From Escherichia phage vB_EcoM-ZQ3, in the sequence record MW630116.1: a DNA stretch of 64,000 bases; one strand, given 5' to 3'. The notes under the pieces are model-generated. The model did not search any database. It had not been told where the DNA came from and saw only the letters and a program-made list of their open reading frames with translations. Within the stretch, counting starts at the first letter, position 1; each line of letters begins with the position of its first letter. The translations under genes and the position numbers were made by a program. Below are positions 19,035 to 27,303 of the stretch, piece after piece.

Positions 19035-19219
19035 ACAAATTAACTAAAGTTACTTTTATCGGTTGGTTTAAAAGCGGTGAGATGTTCACTAAAGATATCA
19101 TGTTATCAGGTGATCGCGAAGAAATCGAGTGGGTTACGGTACAACTTGCTGAAGTGAACAACGCATTAGTTAAAGCATTTGTTAATGACGAGAAAGTTTT
19201 CGAGGCAGATTTTCAATAA
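19031..19219 (+). CDS. dmd: Dmd antitoxin-like protein (inhibitor of RnlA/LsoA toxins)
   Basis: 62 aa; FIGWFKSGEMFTKDIM...AEVNNALVKAF resembles recalled T4 Dmd. Confidence 0.8.
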   Translation: MNKLTKVTFIGWFKSGEMFTKDIMLSGDREEIEWVTVQLAEVNNALVKAFVNDEKVFEADFQ

Positions 19220-19232
19220 TTTTAAAATAACT

Positions 19233-19262
19233 GTTTACAAGCCCCACATACTGTGTTACTAT
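19233..19262 (+). promoter_or_regulatory. T4-type early promoter
   Basis: GTTTAC 19233-19238, 18-nt spacer, TACTAT. Confidence 0.45.
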
Positions 19263-19290
19263 CTTTCTATCAACTACAGAGGAAATTGAA

Positions 19291-19659
19291 ATGAAAAAAT
19301 TAATCGCTTTAGCAATGGTATTTGGATTAACCGGATGTGGTGCCCACGGCTTTATCCCTAATAACGTTGGCCAACTGATTTACAATCCGAATGTTAAACA
19401 ATATGAACAACCTAAAGTTGAAGTGGAAGACCCGGTTACTGTAGGTAATCGAATGATTCAAGCTGATGCTCATGCTCAACGTTATCGTGATTCTGATACC
19501 GTAGCTATGTCAAAAGAACAGCGCGTTAAAGAACATTGCTTACAGGCTACTGAAATCGCATTCATTCGCTATGTTGAAACAACCGGTAAAGAGCCTACCC
19601 AGAAACAAATCGCGAATAACTACGTCCGGTGTATTGAACGTTTAAACAAATTTAATTAA
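19291..19659 (+). CDS. lipoprotein
   Basis: signal peptide with lipobox LTGC (MKKLIALAMVFGLTGC). Confidence 0.75.
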   Translation: MKKLIALAMVFGLTGCGAHGFIPNNVGQLIYNPNVKQYEQPKVEVEDPVTVGNRMIQADAHAQRYRDSDTVAMSKEQRVKEHCLQATEIAFIRYVETTGKEPTQKQIANNYVRCIERLNKFN

Positions 19660-19720
19660 TTGGTTTACGCCAAAGTTAAAACAAGATATTATAAACATAA
19701 CAAATCAAGAGGAAATTAAC

Positions 19721-19969
19721 ATGGAATTATTCGTAGCTAGTTCAGTAGCTGTTTTAATCGCAGGTATTGGTTCAATCATCATTTACATGTTGCCTTGGGT
19801 AATCGCACTTATTCGTGGCACAAAAAACACAACAGCAATCTTCTTTGTATCTTTACTCTTTAACTGGACGATGATTGGTTGGATTGGAACTTTAATTTGG
19901 TCTATCGTTGCCGAAAAGAAATCTGCTCAGCAGCCTCAACAAGTAATTATTATTCGCGAAAAAGAATAA
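19721..19969 (+). CDS. small inner-membrane protein, superinfection-immunity (Imm)-like
   Basis: 82 aa, two hydrophobic segments; LPWVIALIRG...WTMIGWIGTLIWSI resembles the Imm superinfection-immunity family pattern as I recall it. Confidence 0.6.
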   Translation: MELFVASSVAVLIAGIGSIIIYMLPWVIALIRGTKNTTAIFFVSLLFNWTMIGWIGTLIWSIVAEKKSAQQPQQVIIIREKE

Positions 19970-19973
19970 ACTT

Positions 19974-20003
19974 GTTTACATTATAGATGGACTATAGTAT
20001 AGT
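19974..20003 (+). promoter_or_regulatory. T4-type early promoter
   Basis: GTTTAC, 18-nt spacer, TATAGT, then conserved cctatcaa leader. Confidence 0.45.
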
Positions 20004-20034
20004 AGTCTCCTATCAAATCAACTAAGGAGTTAAA

Positions 20035-20328
20035 ATGAAAAAGTTATCATTGGCAGCAATCTTACTTGCAGTATCATGTGCACCGGCTCCAGTTACAGCA
20101 GGTTATGATAAAGACCTATGTGAGTGGTCAATGACTGCAAATCAAGAAGATGTTGAACAACAAATCTTCTCTGATATCATGAACATCACTAAACGAGACC
20201 GTCCTAATATGGTTAATAAAGTTGTTGAACAACTTAAGTCTGGTGGTATCATGCAGTACAATTATGTTTTGTATTGTGACCCTAATTTCGATAACAAAGA
20301 TATCGTAACCGAAATCACAGGTGAATAA
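20035..20328 (+). CDS. sp: Spackle (periplasmic superinfection-exclusion protein, lysozyme inhibitor)
   Basis: 97 aa with signal peptide; GYDKDLCEWSMTA...QYNYVLYCD matches recalled T4 Sp. Confidence 0.88.
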   Translation: MKKLSLAAILLAVSCAPAPVTAGYDKDLCEWSMTANQEDVEQQIFSDIMNITKRDRPNMVNKVVEQLKSGGIMQYNYVLYCDPNFDNKDIVTEITGE

Positions 20329-20329
20329 T

Positions 20330-20980
20330 ATGATTTATTATATGCACAAAAATGCGCCATTTAAATATGGTAAATTTCCTAATGCACAATGTTATAATAT
20401 AACGCCGAATGAAAATAATAACGGATACCATATTGGTGTAATTTTTGTAATTGTTAAAGATAACGAAATCGTTGCCTGGGCAGATTTTAAAGGTACAACA
20501 TATGATGTTAATCCGGTGCCTTTCACATATTACAATATAATGGATTTGGCATATGATTATAATTGGTTTAATCATGACGCGTTGGCTCATATTGAAGGTG
20601 TAGGATTTGACATCTCATATTCTAGCTATTCATTATGCCCTATGAGCCGAGCTCACGGTAAAGATGCATCATATCTTTCATTTCGGAAACGTGTAAACTT
20701 CAAACGTAGTACAGAGTATGTCGGTGGACTCTTTGTTAAAGATAATAAAATAACCCGTATTAGTTATCCTTTAAGTGTAGGTCAAAAAGATGTTGTTGTT
20801 GATTTAGACTTAACCGAAAATAACATTAATCATATTGCTTCTGTATATTTTGATATTGATGAAAAAATTGTAGTGTGTGGATACGAATTACCGCCTGAAG
20901 AAAAGGCTGAAACAATTGAAGTCGAATTAGAAATTTCTGTTGATGACCAAATATTTAATGCATTTATGAATCGAGGTTAA
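20330..20980 (+). CDS. hypothetical protein in a low-GC segment
   Basis: 216 aa from ATG 20330; AT-rich coding sequence. Confidence 0.6.
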   Translation: MIYYMHKNAPFKYGKFPNAQCYNITPNENNNGYHIGVIFVIVKDNEIVAWADFKGTTYDVNPVPFTYYNIMDLAYDYNWFNHDALAHIEGVGFDISYSSYSLCPMSRAHGKDASYLSFRKRVNFKRSTEYVGGLFVKDNKITRISYPLSVGQKDVVVDLDLTENNINHIASVYFDIDEKIVVCGYELPPEEKAETIEVELEISVDDQIFNAFMNRG

Positions 20981-20981
20981 A

Positions 20982-21179
20982 ATGAATACTGCAATTTGCA
21001 CTGGTTCTAAAATTAGTGTTTTTACAAGTTTTGAAGATTATGAAGTTGTTTCAAAACACCAATACCATATTAGCGTAAAAGCTAATGATGGTGTAATTTG
21101 GAATATTCCACAGTATGAAGGCACTACATATGAAGTCACAGATATAAATGGTGACAAAGCAATCTTTGTAATTGATTAA
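20982..21179 (+). CDS. hypothetical small protein
   Basis: 65 aa; RBS gagg. Confidence 0.5.
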   Translation: MNTAICTGSKISVFTSFEDYEVVSKHQYHISVKANDGVIWNIPQYEGTTYEVTDINGDKAIFVID

Positions 21180-21198
21180 ATATACTCAGGAGGTACCT

Positions 21199-21666
21199 AT
21201 GGGTATTATTAACACTGCAATAGATTCTGTTTATGCATATAAGTTTATTCGACTAATGCAAAAACCTTTTACCGAATGGAAAGCATACGAAGCCAAAATC
21301 ATCGATGACCGTGGAAGTGTTCTTAAACGTCCTTCTACTCCAGAAGAGAAAGCTGCGTATACACCTTTTCATGCTTCAGTTCGTTCAATGAAGCGAATGA
21401 TGAGCACTGTTCCAGGTCTTAATGGAATGGCCTCAATGATGTCTGCCTGGAGTGCTGTAGCTTCACGCTATAACATTACGGAAGAACAACAGAAAGAAAT
21501 ATTTAAAGAACTCCCTTTATTTGAGGATATGGTTGCTGGTGATTCAGGTGGCAGCCCTCAAGCTATTGCATCAGGAACAACTACAGGTGCAGTAGTAAAT
21601 AAAGGTCCAGAACAAATTCCTTCCAAGAAAAGAAAGCGAATTAAAGTAAATATTAATAAGTTGTGA
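21199..21666 (+). CDS. hypothetical protein
   Basis: ATG 21199 preceded by aggagg; basic C-terminal tail. Confidence 0.6.
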   Translation: MGIINTAIDSVYAYKFIRLMQKPFTEWKAYEAKIIDDRGSVLKRPSTPEEKAAYTPFHASVRSMKRMMSTVPGLNGMASMMSAWSAVASRYNITEEQQKEIFKELPLFEDMVAGDSGGSPQAIASGTTTGAVVNKGPEQIPSKKRKRIKVNINKL

Positions 21667-21707
21667 TAAGATGGCCCCTTATTAATTTAAGGCCTCTGGA
21701 GAATACT

Positions 21708-22730
21708 ATGGCTGAATGGATAGATAATGAATTTGCTTATCGCGCGTTTTCTCACCTACCTCGTTTTAGACAAATCAATAATTCAAGCACATTTAAATTA
21801 ACATTTCGATGTCCAGTTTGTGGCGACTCCCAGACAGATGCAATGAAAGCTCGCGGATGGTATTATGGCGGTACTCCTGGTAATGTACATTGTTATAATT
21901 GCCAATACCACAATACAATTTCCGGATACTTAAAAGAGTATGATGAAGAGCTTTATCGCGAATATCTAATGGAAGTTCGTAAAGAAAAAGCTAGAATGGA
22001 ACCAAAGATTGAAAAGGTTCCTGAAGCTAAGCCGGAGCCAGAGAAAAAGACTATAAATTCTTTGCCGTCTTGTTCTCGCCTGGACAAGCTGCCTGAAGAG
22101 CATCCTATTGTGAAATATGTTAAGTCTAGATGCATTCCTAAAGAATCATGGAATAGACTATGGTTCACATTAGAATGGCCTAAATTGGTCAACAAGATTC
22201 AACCTGGTACGTATAAGAAAGAGATTCCAGAACCACGTTTGGTGATTCCTATTTTTAATAAAGACGGGAAGGCTGAGTCATTCCAAGGACGTGCACTTCG
22301 TAAAGATGCTCCTCAGAAATATATCACTATTAAAGCGTTTGAGTCTGCAACAAAAATTTATGGTGTTGAACGTGTTAAGGAAGGAGACGTCTGGGTAATG
22401 GAAGGCCCTATTGATAGTTTATTCATACCCAATGCAATCGCTATTACAGGCGGCTCAATAGATTTAGATGTGGTACCATTTAAAGAACGTCGGGTATGGG
22501 TAATGGATAATGAACCTAGGCACCCGGATACTATAGCTCGCATGAAGCGATTAGTTGACGCAGGCGAACGTGTCATGTTCTGGGACCGAGCTCCATGGAG
22601 ATCAAAGGATGTGAATGATATGGTAATGAAAGAAAATGCAACACCACAAGAAATTTTAGAATATATGAAACAGAATATTTCAAGTGGGTTGCATGCTAAA
22701 ATGAGATTATCTCGTTATTCTAAGATTTAA
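21708..22730 (+). CDS. 61: DNA primase gp61
   Basis: zinc ribbon CPVCGDS...HCYNC; toprim MEGPIDS and VMDNE; ATG 21708 with ggag RBS. Confidence 0.9.
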   Translation: MAEWIDNEFAYRAFSHLPRFRQINNSSTFKLTFRCPVCGDSQTDAMKARGWYYGGTPGNVHCYNCQYHNTISGYLKEYDEELYREYLMEVRKEKARMEPKIEKVPEAKPEPEKKTINSLPSCSRLDKLPEEHPIVKYVKSRCIPKESWNRLWFTLEWPKLVNKIQPGTYKKEIPEPRLVIPIFNKDGKAESFQGRALRKDAPQKYITIKAFESATKIYGVERVKEGDVWVMEGPIDSLFIPNAIAITGGSIDLDVVPFKERRVWVMDNEPRHPDTIARMKRLVDAGERVMFWDRAPWRSKDVNDMVMKENATPQEILEYMKQNISSGLHAKMRLSRYSKI

Positions 22731-22924
22731 ACAAGCCCTATAATAGCAAAGGCCAAATCAACTACAGTATCCAATGGAACAGAAGGAACAATAACACCAT
22801 GGGCAACTAACAATGGCGCAATCACGAAGTTCCACGAAATAATGCCACCTACAACTATTGCAGCGATAGCAGTTTTCTTTTTATTGCCTTTAATAGCGTT
22901 GATTAACGATGGAAGTTTAAACAT
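22727..22924 (-). CDS. small membrane protein (65 aa) encoded antisense to the flanking early genes
   Basis: strong RBS aaggag 5 nt upstream of ATG on the - strand; hydrophobic two-segment sequence. Confidence 0.55.
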   Translation of the reverse strand: MFKLPSLINAIKGNKKKTAIAAIVVGGIISWNFVIAPLLVAHGVIVPSVPLDTVVDLAFAIIGLV

Positions 22925-23014
22925 AATATCTCCTTAGTTACCTTATTATTTATTACGCTTTATAAAATTAATGTTAGAATTAACTTCTCTTATACTGAAT
23001 TGAAAGGAAAAATA

Positions 23015-23536
23015 ATGGCACACTTTAACGAATGTTCACAACTTATTTCTGGTGTTGATAAAGCAGAAGAAGCTTATTTTAATGCTCTGATTCACGAAGA
23101 TAAAGACCCACTGCAGGTAATGCTTGATATGCAGAAATCTTTACAGGTTCGTCTGGCAAATGACAAGCCTGAACATAACAAACATCCTGATGAATTGGCT
23201 ACTGCTGGTGATGTTGTTGATTGGCTGCGTAATCAGAAAGATTATATTGATGATGAATTCCGTGAACTGCTGACTTCACTTGGTGGTATGAGCAATGGTG
23301 AAAAGGCCGCTAGCTCTGTATGGAAGCCGTGGAAGGCCCAGCATGCTGAATATCGAAATCGTCGTATCGATGAACTGTCTCCTGAAGACCAGCTTGAAAT
23401 TAAATTCGAGATGATTGATATTCTGCATTTCGTTCTAAATATGTTCCAAGGTCTAGGACTTTCTGCTGAAGAAATCTTCAAACTGTATTACCTGAAAAAC
23501 CAACACAACTTTGAACGCCAGGATAATGGTTACTAA
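23015..23536 (+). CDS. 56: dCTP pyrophosphatase gp56 (MazG-like)
   Basis: starts MAHFNEC; DPLQVMLDMQ, ETAGDVV, EIKFE and FKLYYLKN match recalled T4 gp56. Confidence 0.9.
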   Translation: MAHFNECSQLISGVDKAEEAYFNALIHEDKDPLQVMLDMQKSLQVRLANDKPEHNKHPDELATAGDVVDWLRNQKDYIDDEFRELLTSLGGMSNGEKAASSVWKPWKAQHAEYRNRRIDELSPEDQLEIKFEMIDILHFVLNMFQGLGLSAEEIFKLYYLKNQHNFERQDNGY

Positions 23537-23542
23537 TTAAGT

Positions 23543-23550
23543 TATAAATA
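23543..23550 (+). promoter_or_regulatory. late promoter TATAAATA upstream of soc
   Basis: exact TATAAATA about 32 nt before the soc ATG. Confidence 0.6.
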
Positions 23551-23581
23551 CACCTGTAATTAAACAACAAAGGAGTTAATT

Positions 23582-23818
23582 ATGGGTGGTTATGTAAACA
23601 TCAAAACCTTTACGCATCCTGCAGGTGAAGGCAAAGAAGTTAAAGGTATGGAAGTTTCTGTACCGTTTGAGATTTATTCAAACGAACATCGGATTGCAGA
23701 TTCTCATTATCAGACTTTCCCGTCTGAAAAAGCTGCTTATACAACGGTAGTAACTGATGCTGCTGACTGGAAGACCAAGAACGCAGCAATGTTCACGCCT
23801 ACACCAGTAAGCGGTTAA
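23582..23818 (+). CDS. soc: small outer capsid protein Soc
   Basis: 78 aa; GYVNIKTF...HYQTFPSEKAAY matches recalled T4 Soc. Confidence 0.9.
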   Translation: MGGYVNIKTFTHPAGEGKEVKGMEVSVPFEIYSNEHRIADSHYQTFPSEKAAYTTVVTDAADWKTKNAAMFTPTPVSG

Positions 23819-23826
23819 ATAATTTA

Positions 23827-23855
23827 AGGAATCCTTCGGGATTCCTTTTTTTTTG
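23827..23855 (+). terminator. rho-independent terminator
   Basis: aggaatcc-ttcg-ggattcct followed by T9. Confidence 0.8.
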
Positions 23856-23863
23856 TTTCTACA

Positions 23864-23893
23864 GTTTACAACCACTAAAAACTGTGTTAAGAT
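23864..23893 (+). promoter_or_regulatory. T4-type early promoter
   Basis: GTTTAC, 18-nt spacer, TAAGAT. Confidence 0.45.
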
Positions 23894-23921
23894 ATTCTTA
23901 CTTACTCAAGAGGAGAACAAT

Positions 23922-24149
23922 ATGTTAAATCGTTGGATTAAACCTAATAACACATTAGGTGCTTTGATTGCTCAAGAAGTTTCGTTGAAATACGGTCTTG
24001 GATATTACGATGATGTAGTCGTACACTCATTCATGATGGATGGCGAAGACGTCAAATTTAATGCCGAAATCCGCTGGGATGACGGCGGTGTTCGTTTTGT
24101 TCGAGGAACAATTAATGCTTACGATGCTGAAGAAGTTGTTTGCTGTTAA
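23922..24149 (+). CDS. hypothetical small protein
   Basis: 75 aa from ATG 23922 with RBS gaggag. Confidence 0.5.
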   Translation: MLNRWIKPNNTLGALIAQEVSLKYGLGYYDDVVVHSFMMDGEDVKFNAEIRWDDGGVRFVRGTINAYDAEEVVCC

Positions 24150-24162
24150 ACCAGGCGAAGGT

Positions 24163-24363
24163 ATGATGCCTATTCCTGATACACACGAAAAAAGTTGGGA
24201 ATACATCGGCGACGGAATGATGGAAGAAGTTGTTCGTCCAAAAACAAAACAGGTTAATGCTTCAAGCTCTTCCGATTATAATCATTCATACGTATCGTCT
24301 TGGCCTGGTGATTCTGGGTCAAGTTATTCTGATTGTGGTTCAAGCTCATGGAGCTGTGAATGA
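24163..24363 (+). CDS. hypothetical small Ser-rich protein
   Basis: ATG 24163; start choice uncertain. Confidence 0.4.
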   Translation: MMPIPDTHEKSWEYIGDGMMEEVVRPKTKQVNASSSSDYNHSYVSSWPGDSGSSYSDCGSSSWSCE

Positions 24364-24539
24364 GCAAAATAGTAAAATGGTTTAAAAGCTGGAATGATGG
24401 AGTCGAACCAGAAGATTGGCTGGATGTTCTTGAAGAGAATATGGCTAAAGAATTCCAGAAACACGAAGAGAAGCTCATCGAAGATGAAGGCGAACGTATC
24501 GTAAAACTTTATATGGGTGAACCATCGAGGAAATTATAA
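24360..24539 (+). CDS. possible 59-aa protein
   Basis: ATGA overlap upstream and TAATG overlap downstream; below track size cutoff. Confidence 0.4.
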   Translation: MSKIVKWFKSWNDGVEPEDWLDVLEENMAKEFQKHEEKLIEDEGERIVKLYMGEPSRKL

Positions 24540-25003
24540 TGGATGCTATGTTATTTAAAATGTATTTGCTTGAAGCCAAATCGTTTAAACATATACCAGT
24601 AGAAGATAAGACTCCACTAGAAATAGCTATTCTCATTAACAAAAGTCTAAATAATCCGCAATATATCGTAGAAGAATTCTGTAAATTGCAGATTCCTAAA
24701 GGTTACAAAATTCGTGTAGAGCGAGTTGGAGCTATTACTCATTCTAAAAATTCTCCGTTTAGTCTTGAAGAAGGCATAAAGGACTTAGGTTATGAATCTA
24801 CGGAAAATGCAGTTTATGTGAATCCTGAAAAGCGTTTAGACTTGTTTGAAAAGCGAGACCATAAGTATTTTGCTAAAAAATACTTTATTACGTCATTAGC
24901 AGATTTAACACATTTGCAACGAGCTATTTGGAAATTTTTTAAGACAAAAGGTGTAGCGCTAGAAACATTCTCTGAACCTGCTAGTTTTTATCTCGGTGAA
25001 TAA
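24539..25003 (+). CDS. hypothetical protein
   Basis: 154-aa ORF. Confidence 0.6.
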   Translation: MDAMLFKMYLLEAKSFKHIPVEDKTPLEIAILINKSLNNPQYIVEEFCKLQIPKGYKIRVERVGAITHSKNSPFSLEEGIKDLGYESTENAVYVNPEKRLDLFEKRDHKYFAKKYFITSLADLTHLQRAIWKFFKTKGVALETFSEPASFYLGE

Positions 25004-25004
25004 T

Positions 25005-25184
25005 ATGGACTTGATGAGTATGTTTGATGAGCCCGAAGTTGAGGCTCCTAAAGTGCATCGTAGTGAACTTGTTGATGAACTAGATAGTATTATACAACGA
25101 CATGGCTTTAGTTTACCTGTTGAAGCCCTGAAAGACCTTGCCTCTTATTATGACGACCCTCCACCATGGAGTCCTTGGAAATGA
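25005..25184 (+). CDS. hypothetical small acidic protein
   Basis: ATG 25005 adjacent to upstream TAA. Confidence 0.45.
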   Translation: MDLMSMFDEPEVEAPKVHRSELVDELDSIIQRHGFSLPVEALKDLASYYDDPPPWSPWK

Positions 25185-25345
25185 AAGAGAAATTTAAAGA
25201 GAAATTCTTACTAGAAATCAAGGAAAAAGACTTTGAGACATGGTATCGAATGGTGAAAGGGTTGACATTGCTTTTTAAAGCATCCTTATTCATGTTAGAA
25301 CAACCTGGTCCTGATGGACCTTTAGTAGGAAAACTTAAAAAGTAG
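25181..25345 (+). CDS. possible 54-aa protein
   Basis: ATGA overlap; below track size cutoff. Confidence 0.35.
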   Translation: MKEKFKEKFLLEIKEKDFETWYRMVKGLTLLFKASLFMLEQPGPDGPLVGKLKK

Positions 25346-25373
25346 TTTACATTCCCTCCTCTCGTGTTATGAT
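25345..25373 (+). promoter_or_regulatory. T4-type early promoter
   Basis: GTTTAC, 17-nt spacer, TATGAT. Confidence 0.45.
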
Positions 25374-25474
25374 AGGCTTATCTTTAAATGGAGGTCTATC
25401 ATGACATGTCAATCTGAACTTCAAGAACGCGAATACCTAACAAAATCATTCATTTGAAAATGTTGAATTTTTAG

Positions 25475-25506
25475 TGTACAAACTCTACTGACGATGATAC
25501 TATACT
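25475..25506 (+). promoter_or_regulatory. T4-type early promoter
   Basis: GTGTAC then TACTAT/TATACT region. Confidence 0.4.
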
Positions 25507-25531
25507 TTTATCAACCACAGGAGAAACCTAA

Positions 25532-26089
25532 ATGTTTATGCCGTATAATGAATGTGAAATTGAAGAAATGGTTCGTCGTGCTCAAAACCCCGAATATCAA
25601 GATGTATTGCAGTACGAAATTGATAGTCAATTCAGCGACATTGAACAAAGTGTACTGTGGCAGTGTATGGAAAACAAGCCTGATAGCATCCAACAAGATT
25701 TAAGTGCAATTGTTCGTAGAAATTGGACGTCTTCTGTTCCTGAGACAATGTATCGTGGAATCTCTAAGAAAACTATGGCCACACTCGATGATAAAGGCAT
25801 TGGTAGTATTATTAAATTTGACAGAGTAATGAGCTTCAGTCCGGTGTTTGGTGTAGCACGTAACTTCGCTTCATATAATTTTTATGGAACATTTAATATG
25901 TTCTGCATCAAAGATGCACCATCTTGCGAGTTCAATGGAGCTTTCCCTGAAGCGACAAGACGGTCTAATGCTAGACTTATATCTGACGAATGTGAATTTA
26001 TGCTCCCTATAGGGACTACACTGCGTGTAGATTCTATTATTCAGGATGGACGTTATACAATCTGGAATCTGTCTATTGTCAGTTACTGA
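25532..26089 (+). CDS. ADP-ribosyltransferase (ModA/ModB family)
   Basis: R-S-E triad: MYRGIS, MSFSPV (S-x-S), DECEFMLP (E-x-E); position between soc and srd. Confidence 0.8.
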   Translation: MFMPYNECEIEEMVRRAQNPEYQDVLQYEIDSQFSDIEQSVLWQCMENKPDSIQQDLSAIVRRNWTSSVPETMYRGISKKTMATLDDKGIGSIIKFDRVMSFSPVFGVARNFASYNFYGTFNMFCIKDAPSCEFNGAFPEATRRSNARLISDECEFMLPIGTTLRVDSIIQDGRYTIWNLSIVSY

Positions 26090-26163
26090 CTGAATTGGAA
26101 TAACCGGATGGAACTCAGAACCATTATAACACATAAAAAATTAAAGCATTTTATGAAAAAAGA

Positions 26164-26192
26164 GTGTACACTACCTGAGGGCATGATATTAT
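26164..26192 (+). promoter_or_regulatory. T4-type early promoter
   Basis: GTGTAC, 17-nt spacer, TATTAT. Confidence 0.45.
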
Positions 26193-26242
26193 AAGCTTAT
26201 CAGCTAAATGACCTTAACGTCCGTAAGACAGAGGAAAATATT

Positions 26243-26989
26243 ATGTTATCAAATAATAAAATTAACAAAATCAATCGTCGTCTTGACCACACCAGAGCTT
26301 CTGCGAAGAGACGCTCTAAGGATTTTAACTTAGACTTTAATTACCTTAAAAACATTCTTGATCAAAAGGTCTGCGCTTACTCAGGTGAATCTTTCAATAA
26401 CTCTGTTGAAGGTGAGAAATTATCCTTAGAACGTTTTAATAACGATATCGGCTACATTAAAGGTAATGTTATCCCGGTTAAGAAAAAATATAACACGGCT
26501 CGTTCTGATTTAACATTAGAAGAACTTATTGAAAAACGTGATGCCATTGCAAGACGTATCGCTAATCCTTCTGCCCGTAAAGTAGAGAAACTTAATCTCG
26601 ACGAGAAGAAATGGGCCCAAATTAAAAAGGTTTATGGTACTATTTTAAAAATCCGAGCAAAACGTGAAAACCGTGTTAAGCATATGGCGAACATGATGAA
26701 AAATCAACCTTTATCTAACGAATCTAAACTTAGAATTGTTGCTTTGAAAGCACGCATTAATGGCTCACATCAAGCAGAAGGCCATGAACTTACTAAACTC
26801 AACGTTCTTCTTAAAGGCTCTGACTGGAAAACTAAAACTAAATTAACTGACGCTGAATCGCTTTTCGATACATATGATAAAGTTATCCAAGGTCTGCAAC
26901 GTTTTGAAAAGATTGGTTTCATTGGTAAATTAAAATTGAAACGTGGCTTACCACTTAGCGCATCATTATTCCAACTGATTAAAGGTTAA
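26243..26989 (+). CDS. srd: Srd-like protein
   Basis: 248 aa directly upstream of dda (size and synteny). Confidence 0.7.
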   Translation: MLSNNKINKINRRLDHTRASAKRRSKDFNLDFNYLKNILDQKVCAYSGESFNNSVEGEKLSLERFNNDIGYIKGNVIPVKKKYNTARSDLTLEELIEKRDAIARRIANPSARKVEKLNLDEKKWAQIKKVYGTILKIRAKRENRVKHMANMMKNQPLSNESKLRIVALKARINGSHQAEGHELTKLNVLLKGSDWKTKTKLTDAESLFDTYDKVIQGLQRFEKIGFIGKLKLKRGLPLSASLFQLIKG

Positions 26990-26991
26990 TT

Positions 26992-27303
26992 ATGGTTTAT
27001 GTATATGCAATAGTTTATCGAGATATGGAAGGATTTACTGTCCCGGTTCCACTTGATGAGCATCGTCCTGCAGTATTTTTTAGAAAAGATATTGCAGATA
27101 AAGTTTTCGATACTTTGAAAACACAGTATAAAACAGATTTAAAAATGGGAGTTCTAAGAATGGTCGAAACTCCGCGTAAGTTCTGGTTTAATAAGCTTGA
27201 AATGAAACGCATTAAACTAGATGCGGAGACGCAAAAATTGTATCAACGAATCCTGGACACAGGCCGTATTGTTAGTATTCCAATTGCAGGGACTTTACGA
27301 TGA
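26992..27303 (+). CDS. hypothetical protein (dda.1 position)
   Basis: 103 aa; ATGA overlap with dda. Confidence 0.65.
   Translation: MVYVYAIVYRDMEGFTVPVPLDEHRPAVFFRKDIADKVFDTLKTQYKTDLKMGVLRMVETPRKFWFNKLEMKRIKLDAETQKLYQRILDTGRIVSIPIAGTLR

Noticed and set aside
24254-24478. 74-aa - strand ORF and the extended 107-aa + strand ORF 24040-24363
   Set aside because: The - strand ORF is antisense to better-supported + strand ORFs, and the 24040 start lies inside the upstream gene; 24163 is the likelier start
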